Positions 55,829 to 64,000 of a stretch of 64,000 nucleotides of DNA are shown piece by piece (position 1 is the stretch's first letter; each line of letters starts with the position of its first letter). Source of the DNA: a virus (Duplodnaviria > Caudoviricetes); IMG/VR virus record IMGVR_UViG_3300009093_000043, positions 1 through 64,000 of that record. The stretch is one strand, 5' to 3'. The position numbers and the translations under genes were made by a program. The notes below the pieces were generated by a model that was given only the letters and a program-made list of their open reading frames with translations, did not search any database and had not been told where the DNA came from.

Positions 55829-56286
55829 ACCCCCGATACGCCCTTCTCTGACTTGAGGCCCAACTCCTCGCCGGGCTTCAGCAGCGTCTTCGCGTACTCC
55901 ACGAACTTCGGATCGTCTCCCTTCGGATCCGTACAGCGGACCGTCATCATTCGGTTGAACTCAATCGTCGCCTTCAGTTCCTCCCGAGTCTTGGGGGCGT
56001 GGTCCGCCTCTTCGTAGGGAACGAAGTCGCCGAAGGCCCTCCACTTTTGGAGGGGCTCGGGGTCACTCATCTCCCACATGAAGGCTCGCCCCGAGTTGAT
56101 GTTCCTCATGTAGAAGTCGACGTCCGAGTCCCACCCGGAAGACTCCAGGAAACCGATGAACCGAAGGGCTGCCTCTTCCGACCCGTCCGCCAAGACGTAG
56201 TAGGAGATCTCGCGCATGATGTCGGCGCCCGGCAACTTCTCTCCGAGAACCGCTACCGCTGGTGCGTAGCCTTCTTCGAGCTTCAT
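55825..56286 (-). CDS. hypothetical protein
   Basis: 153 aa; ATGA overlap with the giant gene. Confidence 0.65.
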   Translation of the reverse strand: MKLEEGYAPAVAVLGEKLPGADIMREISYYVLADGSEEAALRFIGFLESSGWDSDVDFYMRNINSGRAFMWEMSDPEPLQKWRAFGDFVPYEEADHAPKTREELKATIEFNRMMTVRCTDPKGDDPKFVEYAKTLLKPGEELGLKSEKGVSGV

Positions 56287-59200
56287 ACCTTCGCTGTACC
56301 CTTCACCATCGCCAGTAGCCGGGCCTGCTCAGCTCGACGCCTCGGAAGTTCGGCGTCGAAGCGGCGGATCGCTTCAAGCGTACCCGTTACACGATCGGCC
56401 CGAAGGGTCAGCCAAGCCCAGCGAGAGTCGCGGAGCTTGTCACGTTGCTGGAGAGCTTCCTCGATTCGATCCGGAAGAACCGGGCGACCCACCCCATTCG
56501 CGAAGTCCGCGTACGGAACCGCGAGCGAATGGTAGGGGGGTCGGAGGTAGTCGAGCCGGAAGTCGAGCCCCCAGAAGCGACGATCGAGGATGGAGAGACA
56601 ATCCTTGTCGTTCGTGAAGGGACTGAGCTCAGTGCGACCTTCGATGTCGTCGATCAGGGCGCCTGAGAGAACCCCGAGGCCAGCGAAGGGATCGTCCGGG
56701 TCCCCGACGTCCGAGATGTGTTGGTCTCTCTGGAAGACGAAGTAGGAGCCGCCCTTCCGCGTTTCGAAGAGGAGGAGAAGCTCTTCGATCCACGAGAGGA
56801 TCCTCTCCCGGTTCGCGAGGATCAGTTCTACGGTCTCGGCCGTGAGGAACGAGGTCGGCCGGATCACACGGTAGGCGAACGGCGCGATCGAGAGGAAGTT
56901 GCTCTTGAAGGAGTTGGTCGAATCGGCGAAAGCCGTCGGGCGAAGATCCATCTGACCTTCGAGACCGTCCGCCGTCCCGGAGAGGTTCGAACCGTGGACT
57001 GTCGGGTAGATCGCATACTGGTCGTCGAACACGACGTCCCCACCCGTTCGGTTCCCGGCGAGGGTTCCGCCGTAGGTAGAAACCCCGAGCGTCGAGGGCG
57101 ATACGGTCTCGATCTCGTAGTAGCCTCGATTGTCGTCGGTACGGAGGGGCGATCCCGGGTCGTAGAAGGGCGCTCCGCGGGGGAGGACGCCCTGATCGCC
57201 GAACGGCCGGGCTCCGGTCTCCGAGGTCGGAGGGAAGCCCGTAGGGCCGCGGAGGACCCCCGCCGGGTCGATCACGAGGATGTCTCCCTTTTGGATTCCG
57301 AGGGAGGCGAAGTCAATCGTGGGGTCAGTGTCTCGGAGGAGGTTGATCGACTGATCGTAAGCGACCTGTAGATCCGGGTCCGAGACGTAGTTCACCTTCC
57401 CGCCCGTCTGGGCGACGAGATCCGCTCGACGGTCGAGAAGAACCCGGTCCGTGGCGAGGGCGAGAAGCTCCTCCGCGGATTGCTCCTGGGGGATCGGAGC
57501 GGACCGGAGGTAGATCTCGAACCGGGTCCCGGGGGCGACCGAGGGCAACGAGTTCTTCGAAAGCGTCAGCGTCTTCCCGTCAGTCTCCACGACGAGGATC
57601 TCCGCTTCCGCAATCACTTCCCCCGAAACTCCGAGGAACCGGACCTGGTCCCCAGAACGGATGTTCTGATCCGGAAGAGTGAAGTCACCGAGTTGAGTGG
57701 CGGTCCCTCCGGCGAGCGGGAGAGGCGGGACACTAGAGTCCACCGGACGCGCCGTGAGGAGACCGGCGGTCCCGGTGGAAACGAAGCTGTCGACGATCCC
57801 GCGACGGATCTCATACGTGAACCGAAGACGTTCGATCGCCCCCACGACCATGTCCAACTGGACGTGGAACCGACGGATTCGACGTACCTCGACCTGAGCC
57901 ACTTCGAGGTAACTGCCTCCGACTGGTCCGCCGGAGGGGAGGTACGAAGTCGCGTCTCGCGTTCCGATTTCCGAGAACGTCAGCGAGTGAGCCGCATCCA
58001 CGACGTTCACTCGGGGCGCACCCAGATCGTTCCCCGAAAGAGGGAACGACGGTTCGACGTAGATCCCATTCTGAGCGTGGTAGCGGAGATCGAAGAGGTC
58101 TCCGGGGAAGAGGCAAGCTGGTCCGGCGCCGTGGATCGCGGCCCAGTTGAATCGAGTGACGTCGAGAGCGCCGGGGATGTTGTCGTAGACGGGGATGTCG
58201 AGCGAAGGAAGGAACGAAGTGGAGACCACCTTCACCTTCGAGTACACCGCAAGCGTTCCAGCTCCCGGACCGACGACACCGGAGAGGGTTCCGGCTGAGG
58301 CGTCGTACGAGACCGATCCGAACGGAGCGCGCGATCCGGTCACCGTGCGGAAGCCGAAGTAGAATTCCGAACCCGCCGGGGGCGAAGGCCAGAGCGTGAC
58401 GCCTGGGTAGTTCAACGGAACGCCGGCCCCTACCGGCTTCACCGGAAGGATCGTCATGCCCGAGACGGGTGTCCCGTTCGTCGCGGCGGCCTGGAAGGCG
58501 GAGAAAGAGATCGCTCCCCCCACTCCATCTTGGAAGTTCGAAAGGCCGAGGAAGCGATTCCCCGGAAGGTCGAGGGAAGTGTACGACGCCGAGACCGCGG
58601 CTCCTGCCGTCCCTACCACCGACTCGTCCACGATCAGGTAGACGCGTCCGGTCGCCGGGAACGCAGAGGTAGCCGAGACGGGCGTGTTGTTGAGGTCCTG
58701 GAGCGGGACGAGAGGAAGGAGGGACGTGACGGTGAGGTTCGGGGAGAGGTCGAGACCGACAACAGTCGGGAACTGGAAGTCCAACCAACCGCCCGGAGAT
58801 CCTGCCGCCCCCGAGAGATCGAGACGGTGTCCGGGAGGAGTCGAAACCGTAGCGGCGATCGCTCCGCGAACGAGGTACGTCCCCGTCTTCCCCGAGCCCA
58901 CGGGGATGGAGAGACCGAGAGTGGGGTTGAACTGGCCACGGATGAACGCGACATCTCCGGGCTGGATGCGGTCCAATCCTCCCGCGTGAGTCGCGAAGGG
59001 AAGGAACGCGTTCTCGTTGAGGAACGAGAACGGAGCGCCCGGGCCTCGGATCTCTCCCGCGATCACGGCCCCGTCGTAGATGGGTCCCGCCTCATCCTGA
59101 CGCGAGGAGGGAATCGCGGTGAAGAGAACCCCAGTTGCGTCGATCGGAACGTTTCCTCGACCCTCGAACCCGAGGACACGAAGCGTCCCCGAGTTGGCGG

Positions 59201-62200
59201 AGAAGGTTCCCACTCCGTTCACCGAGGGGAGGAGCGTCGAGCGCGTTGGGAAGGTGAACGGAAGGCCTGCGTTCACCGCAACGATGTCGTTACTGGTGTT
59301 GTCGAGGATCGTCGCAGTGAACGTGTTCGAGTCGATCACTGCGGAGGAGAACGCGTGGGTGGAGAGCTGGCACTCCATCAGAGATCCACCCGGGAAGGAC
59401 GGGTGAGTGAACCCACGAGGGAGAGCCGTCCGGAAGTCGACACGATCTCCGAACGTCAGTCGATCTTCCCCGATCGAAGCCGTGTTCCCAGCGAAGGAGA
59501 GAACGGAGATCGTGAAGTCGTGGAACCCGTTCGTTGTCGTGACGCCGACCGGTCCGACCACCGGATCGAACGGAGTGAAGTTGAAGAAGACGTCGGGAGC
59601 GGTCGTCTTCACGACCACCTGACTCGTCAGGAAGTAGAACCCACCCGCAACTACCGGAACGAAGGTGGCCCCGTCGTCTCCGGAAGCCTGGAAGGTGCTC
59701 CCGAGGATCCCCGAGCCCACCCCGACCTTTCGGATGATCACGCCAGCTCCCGGGACGAATTGACCCGAGGTCTTGTCGATCAGACGGATCCTCAGCTCGC
59801 TGCCCTTCCCGTTCGATCCGAAGATGTCGTTCAGCCCACCGATCGGAGTGGGGAGGACTCCGCCGCCCAAGCCATCGTCGAAGACGATCGAGGAGGTCCC
59901 CACAGAGGTGACATCGAAGGTCGTCTCGGTCGGGATCAGCGTCGTGTCCTGCTTCACGACGATTCCCGCGGCGTACGCCGGGTACCCCACCCACGAGATC
60001 GCGTTGTCCGTGAGATACGAGAAGGTAGAGAACCCCGCGTTCACCGGTGAGACGAAACGGGGAAGGTCGATCTGATTCGGAGCCCCCGACGTGAAGTTGG
60101 CGATCGAGTGGATGCCCGTGGCGCCGAGGGGGAAACCATCCGTGCCTGGTGTGGCCGGGTTCGGAGCCTGGATCATGAGGAGGTCGAACGGCTCGACGTT
60201 CCCCACCCCTCCGTGTCCCGGAGGAGGCGGGTAATCCCCGGAGGTCGTACCCCTCAAGAAGTCCTCGAAGGAGGCGAGGGTGGCCAGTTGGGCCGGCGCT
60301 CGGGAAACGGCCCCGTCTCCGGCCAACGTCTCGTCCGGGTAGACCGCCTGGGTCGCGTACGGAAAGACGAACGGGCTCGGCGGAGGGGGCGGAGGGTTCG
60401 GGCTGTCGATCAGAACGAGCGTCGAGAGACTCGACGAGGCCGCGCCGAGGAGTTCCAGCTCGGTGGTCGGAGATCCGTAGTAGGGCAACGAGTAGTCACC
60501 CGAGTCAAGAGTCTTCCCGCCGTCGAGCGCGGGGAAGCGAGTGGGAAGACGATTCCCATTCTGGAACCGAACGACCGCTTCCAACGTGGACAAGGGGCTC
60601 GGCGGGTTCTGGCCGGTGATCTCCTTCAGGCCGAAGAGAGTCGGATCACTGAACGAGGGAAGCGTCGCGTCGGTCAGCTCACCGGTCCGCGAGGAGTAGT
60701 TGAGGTCGGTCCCAGTGCGATACGTCGGGGTGGTCGCGACGTACGTCTGAAGCTCGGCGATCGTGGGGGGGTCCGAAGGTGTCGCGACGACCGATCCTGT
60801 CCCCGTGACGACGAAGACAGTATCTCCCTGCTCAGGGTCGAAGATCGAGCCCGAGGCGGGTCCGGTGAGTGAGAGAACGAGATTCGGGTCCGTCACCGGA
60901 ACGTCGGCCCCTGAGAGGTCGACGCTCTTCAGCGTGATCACACACCCCTTCAGAATCGTGTCGACGAAGATCCCCGCGTAGCGGAACGCCGATCCGACCG
61001 GAAGAAGCGTTCCGCCGTAGCCGAGGCCGGCGGCGTTCCCCGCCGGGTAGCCGAGAGCCAACTGGGCTCCAGAGGCGAAGGGGGGCGTGTGGAGGTCGGG
61101 ATCACCGGTGAGGAGATCGTTCAGACCCGTCGGCGTCGGAGTGACGCTCTGGGACGCGAGCTTCGAGGTGTCGGGAAGACCCGTATCCGAGAGAATCGGG
61201 AAGTCCACGAGCGAGAGAGGCGTCGCGATGATCGAGGGACGTCCCGTCGAAGCCGGGTCGACGTCGGGGAATCCAGTGGGGCTGTAGGCCCAGATTCTCG
61301 CCCGAGCGAGGCGCCCGCGCGCCTGGACACCCTGGACGTTCTGGATCGGCCCGAGGACCGGATTCTCCAGCTGACCGATCGTGGAGTTCGTCGTCGAGCG
61401 GATCGAGAAGGGGGCTCCGTAGAGGAAGCCGAGCGGATCGAAGCCGAACTTTCCGGCCGAGTAGACGCCCGGGGCGCCCGTAGCTTCGTCACCGTCGAGA
61501 CCGGGGCCGAGGGTCGTGAAGCCCATCGTCTTCTCAGGGAAGAGACGGGAGAAGGGACTCGCTTCGCTCTGGCTCGCGTAGAGACCGAAGGCGGTGACGC
61601 GGAAGGTGATGAACCCGGAGAGCTTCCGTTCGACACCCGTACGGGTGAGGAGGGCGACGTCATCCACGTCGTTCTTCGCGAGGATCTCCTGGTAGTCCGT
61701 GAGCGCCGAGAAGGACGACGGGTCCTGGTAGGTACCGACTGGGCGCCCGTTCGAGTCGAGGGACGTCGAGAGGGGGTCAGTGATGGGGTCGGTCGCGAGG
61801 AGACGGATCGTCGGAAGACCTCGGCGGGCCGACATCCACGCGTCGAACCAGAGCACGCGCGGGTTCAACGCACCGGTGATCTCATCCTCGTAGCCCGGCG
61901 GGACCCATGGGTCGTTCTTCCCGATGTAGAAGCGAAGCTTCCCGTCTCGCTCTCCTACGAGCGCTCCGTTCAGCGTCTCTTCGATCTGTTCGAAGGAGGA
62001 GATCGTGGAGTTGTAGAAGCCGAGGAACGCTCGGGCGGCCCGATCGCGATCGAGAAGGTTCTGACGCTCGGTGACGAGGCCCGCGCGCCCGAAGTCCGAG
62101 TTGGACTTCGAGGTGTTCGAGGAGATCGTGGGACCGTTCGAGGGCTCGCTCGCCGTAGCCTGCTTCTGAAGGTCCGTCGCGACCTCTCCAACGAAGTCCA

Positions 62201-64000
62201 GGAACGGTTGGGCCTTCACGTAGAAGGCGTCCGGGCTCTCGAACGTGTACGTGGCCTGGAGGACTCCGCCCTGACGCCCGTTCGCCTTCGAGGGCGGATC
62301 GGTGAAGTGGAACCCGCTCGACACTCTCGGGTACTGGACCTCGCCCTTGTAGAGGAAAGGTCCGATCGAGCGCGTGTCCGTACGTGAGAAGACGAGCTTC
62401 TGGTTGGAAGAAAGACCGGCCTGGCGCGGCGCCGTGAACGAGAGATTCCCATTGTTCGGGGAGACCGTGTAGTCGGGACCCTGAACGAGGGTTCGGCCCG
62501 GGAGCGCATTCCCGTTCTCGTCCTTCTCGCCGAAGAGCACCACCTCGGTCGGCTCGGTCGGAAGGAAAGGGGAAGTCCCCAAGAACGCCGTTGTGCCTTC
62601 GGGGTAGATCGGACGAACTGAGATCTTCACCGAGTCGTTCGCGATCGTCGAGGACCAAGAGAGGTTCTCCTGGATCGGAGAAGCGACCGTCACTGTCGTG
62701 ACGCGGCCGTCCGAAGAGAACTCCCCCTTCACGATCGCGAACGGATTCCCGAACAGTTCGAGCAGGTGTCCAGCGACCGCGTAGCGGGTGAGGTCCCCGT
62801 CGAACTTGATCTCAACCTGACCCTTCGTAACGGGCTCGAAGTGAGGGGTAGCGGAGAGACCGAAGGCGTCGGCCATCGTCGGAAGGAAGCCCGAGTTCGT
62901 CACGATCGGACGATCGGTGAGGAGGCTGAGCGCGTTCGCTCCGGGGTTGAGGGAACCGGCCCCGTTCGGAGGAGCCGGGAAGACCGTCACCGTTGTGATG
63001 TCGGTCGTCGAATCGTAGAACGAGGAGACGACGTAGGTCGTGAAGGCTCCGACTCGAAGCGCCTTCCCGGCAACCACTTCTGAAGTGCGGTCCGTATCGA
63101 GAAGGAAGATCGCCTGACCCTTGTCGAGGCGGAACGGAGGACGCCAGACCGGCGGGTTCGAGACCGTGTAGGAGGTCTCACCGCCGAACGCTTCGTACAC
63201 GGCATACGAGATCGTGACCTTCGTCGCCGAGTCCACCTCGTCATTGAAGGAGATCGTGTTGCGTTCGAAGTCGACCGTACACCCCTGAGGGACCCCGTAG
63301 GTCTGCTGAGTCGCCCCCGTGTACACGGAGGGAGGGACGAGCGGATCCGTCGTTCGACCCGTGGGGTTGAACGAGTAGAGCTGGCTGGAGATCCTTGTCG
63401 CTACTTCAGCGCGGATGAAGAGCGGAAGGAACTGCTTGATCTGGACCGGGTTCCCGTTCGTGTCGCGGAAGAGGTCGCCCGTGTTCGGGACCGCTCGGAA
63501 GTAGGTGACCTCCACGAGCTGTCGCTCTCGAATCGGATTCGCGAGGAAGGTGAACGAGCCGAGGACGGGGTTGACGGTCGCGTCAGTCGTGCCCTCGACC
63601 GACAACTGTTCGACGAAGTAGACGGGCTTCCCGAGGTTCGCGTTGAGGTCGACCGCGGACAATCCGATCGTCCCGCTGTCCGGATCGATCTCCGCTTCTC
63701 CTGTCGCGAGGTCTGCGCTCGAAAGGAGCGTCTGGACGTAGGAGACCGTGGAAGCCGCGTACGAGTCGAGCAACCCGCTGTTGAACTTCAGCTCGCCGGT
63801 CGTCGTGAGGTACTCGATCGAGACCGGATCCGAAGAGAACGTCGCGACGGGAAGGAGGTCGACGCCGTTCGCGAACTCGGTCGTACCGATTCGAAGGTTG
63901 AAAGCTCCTGACGTGAAGCGTACCCCCGTCGTCGGGACGAAGAGCTTTCCGTTTGCGATCGCCCCAATCTCCGACCGAGTGAGGACGGTGAGGGCGAGAT
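56283..64000 (-). CDS. giant virion structural protein (5' end beyond the window)
   Basis: >2500 aa uninterrupted; the frame stays open from 63773 to the window edge; Gly/Pro/Thr/Ser-rich repeated beta domains. Confidence 0.85.
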   Translation of the reverse strand, partial: LALTVLTRSEIGAIANGKLFVPTTGVRFTSGAFNLRIGTTEFANGVDLLPVATFSSDPVSIEYLTTTGELKFNSGLLDSYAASTVSYVQTLLSSADLATGEAEIDPDSGTIGLSAVDLNANLGKPVYFVEQLSVEGTTDATVNPVLGSFTFLANPIRERQLVEVTYFRAVPNTGDLFRDTNGNPVQIKQFLPLFIRAEVATRISSQLYSFNPTGRTTDPLVPPSVYTGATQQTYGVPQGCTVDFERNTISFNDEVDSATKVTISYAVYEAFGGETSYTVSNPPVWRPPFRLDKGQAIFLLDTDRTSEVVAGKALRVGAFTTYVVSSFYDSTTDITTVTVFPAPPNGAGSLNPGANALSLLTDRPIVTNSGFLPTMADAFGLSATPHFEPVTKGQVEIKFDGDLTRYAVAGHLLELFGNPFAIVKGEFSSDGRVTTVTVASPIQENLSWSSTIANDSVKISVRPIYPEGTTAFLGTSPFLPTEPTEVVLFGEKDENGNALPGRTLVQGPDYTVSPNNGNLSFTAPRQAGLSSNQKLVFSRTDTRSIGPFLYKGEVQYPRVSSGFHFTDPPSKANGRQGGVLQATYTFESPDAFYVKAQPFLDFVGEVATDLQKQATASEPSNGPTISSNTSKSNSDFGRAGLVTERQNLLDRDRAARAFLGFYNSTISSFEQIEETLNGALVGERDGKLRFYIGKNDPWVPPGYEDEITGALNPRVLWFDAWMSARRGLPTIRLLATDPITDPLSTSLDSNGRPVGTYQDPSSFSALTDYQEILAKNDVDDVALLTRTGVERKLSGFITFRVTAFGLYASQSEASPFSRLFPEKTMGFTTLGPGLDGDEATGAPGVYSAGKFGFDPLGFLYGAPFSIRSTTNSTIGQLENPVLGPIQNVQGVQARGRLARARIWAYSPTGFPDVDPASTGRPSIIATPLSLVDFPILSDTGLPDTSKLASQSVTPTPTGLNDLLTGDPDLHTPPFASGAQLALGYPAGNAAGLGYGGTLLPVGSAFRYAGIFVDTILKGCVITLKSVDLSGADVPVTDPNLVLSLTGPASGSIFDPEQGDTVFVVTGTGSVVATPSDPPTIAELQTYVATTPTYRTGTDLNYSSRTGELTDATLPSFSDPTLFGLKEITGQNPPSPLSTLEAVVRFQNGNRLPTRFPALDGGKTLDSGDYSLPYYGSPTTELELLGAASSSLSTLVLIDSPNPPPPPPSPFVFPYATQAVYPDETLAGDGAVSRAPAQLATLASFEDFLRGTTSGDYPPPPGHGGVGNVEPFDLLMIQAPNPATPGTDGFPLGATGIHSIANFTSGAPNQIDLPRFVSPVNAGFSTFSYLTDNAISWVGYPAYAAGIVVKQDTTLIPTETTFDVTSVGTSSIVFDDGLGGGVLPTPIGGLNDIFGSNGKGSELRIRLIDKTSGQFVPGAGVIIRKVGVGSGILGSTFQASGDDGATFVPVVAGGFYFLTSQVVVKTTAPDVFFNFTPFDPVVGPVGVTTTNGFHDFTISVLSFAGNTASIGEDRLTFGDRVDFRTALPRGFTHPSFPGGSLMECQLSTHAFSSAVIDSNTFTATILDNTSNDIVAVNAGLPFTFPTRSTLLPSVNGVGTFSANSGTLRVLGFEGRGNVPIDATGVLFTAIPSSRQDEAGPIYDGAVIAGEIRGPGAPFSFLNENAFLPFATHAGGLDRIQPGDVAFIRGQFNPTLGLSIPVGSGKTGTYLVRGAIAATVSTPPGHRLDLSGAAGSPGGWLDFQFPTVVGLDLSPNLTVTSLLPLVPLQDLNNTPVSATSAFPATGRVYLIVDESVVGTAGAAVSASYTSLDLPGNRFLGLSNFQDGVGGAISFSAFQAAATNGTPVSGMTILPVKPVGAGVPLNYPGVTLWPSPPAGSEFYFGFRTVTGSRAPFGSVSYDASAGTLSGVVGPGAGTLAVYSKVKVVSTSFLPSLDIPVYDNIPGALDVTRFNWAAIHGAGPACLFPGDLFDLRYHAQNGIYVEPSFPLSGNDLGAPRVNVVDAAHSLTFSEIGTRDATSYLPSGGPVGGSYLEVAQVEVRRIRRFHVQLDMVVGAIERLRFTYEIRRGIVDSFVSTGTAGLLTARPVDSSVPPLPLAGGTATQLGDFTLPDQNIRSGDQVRFLGVSGEVIAEAEILVVETDGKTLTLSKNSLPSVAPGTRFEIYLRSAPIPQEQSAEELLALATDRVLLDRRADLVAQTGGKVNYVSDPDLQVAYDQSINLLRDTDPTIDFASLGIQKGDILVIDPAGVLRGPTGFPPTSETGARPFGDQGVLPRGAPFYDPGSPLRTDDNRGYYEIETVSPSTLGVSTYGGTLAGNRTGGDVVFDDQYAIYPTVHGSNLSGTADGLEGQMDLRPTAFADSTNSFKSNFLSIAPFAYRVIRPTSFLTAETVELILANRERILSWIEELLLLFETRKGGSYFVFQRDQHISDVGDPDDPFAGLGVLSGALIDDIEGRTELSPFTNDKDCLSILDRRFWGLDFRLDYLRPPYHSLAVPYADFANGVGRPVLPDRIEEALQQRDKLRDSRWAWLTLRADRVTGTLEAIRRFDAELPRRRAEQARLLAMVKGTAKV

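Noticed and set aside
1-64000. Genome-wide TAG recoding (genetic code 15) suggested by the CUA tRNAs
   Set aside because: The standard code already gives dense, uninterrupted genes including 1000-2500 aa structural proteins, and several genes end at TAG next to convergent genes (for example 16186 and 33197).
63773-64000. Start of the giant gene at 63773
   Set aside because: The frame stays open to the window edge, so the true start is upstream.
1-64000. CRISPR array, integrase, transposase, rRNA, intron or DGR
   Set aside because: No regularly spaced repeats or recognisable motifs were seen by eye; a subtle element cannot be excluded without tools.

Overview
A GC-rich stretch of a large (jumbo-type) tailed phage genome, probably myovirus-like. 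A myxobacterial-type host is inferred from a STAS/SEC14 protein, a matrixin lipoprotein and TCG/CGA-rich composition. Very large minus-strand virion/baseplate genes (gp25-like, baseplate J-like, gpI-like, DUF6519-like, and a >2500 aa protein running off the right end) alternate with blocks of small accessory genes. Recognisable accessory functions are a Tad2/DUF2829 anti-Thoeris protein, a Pth2-like peptidyl-tRNA hydrolase, a Panacea/SocA antitoxin-like protein, a histidine phosphatase, an SF2 helicase with a methyltransferase-like neighbour, and a TET/JBP dioxygenase fused to a P-loop kinase. The best candidate for a new system is a minus-strand operon at about 4.1-5.6 kb. It opens with an unannotated leader ORF, MTLVNHHL-UAG-IRSARGPP...-UAG, whose RGPP arrest-motif codons base-pair with the Shine-Dalgarno of the first gene. 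It continues with two unknown genes, a Pth2-like gene and two tandem tRNAs with CUA (amber-suppressor) anticodons. This looks like an amber read-through/termination-sensing translational switch controlling a ribosome-rescue/suppression module, in a genome that otherwise uses the standard code. Other leads are a structured ~170-nt ncRNA candidate, free-standing capsid-like and PolA-finger-like fragments (possible decoys), a shared N-terminal docking peptide on three dispersed virion genes, and two recurring promoter-like motifs. All family assignments are by eye from motifs; no database search was run.
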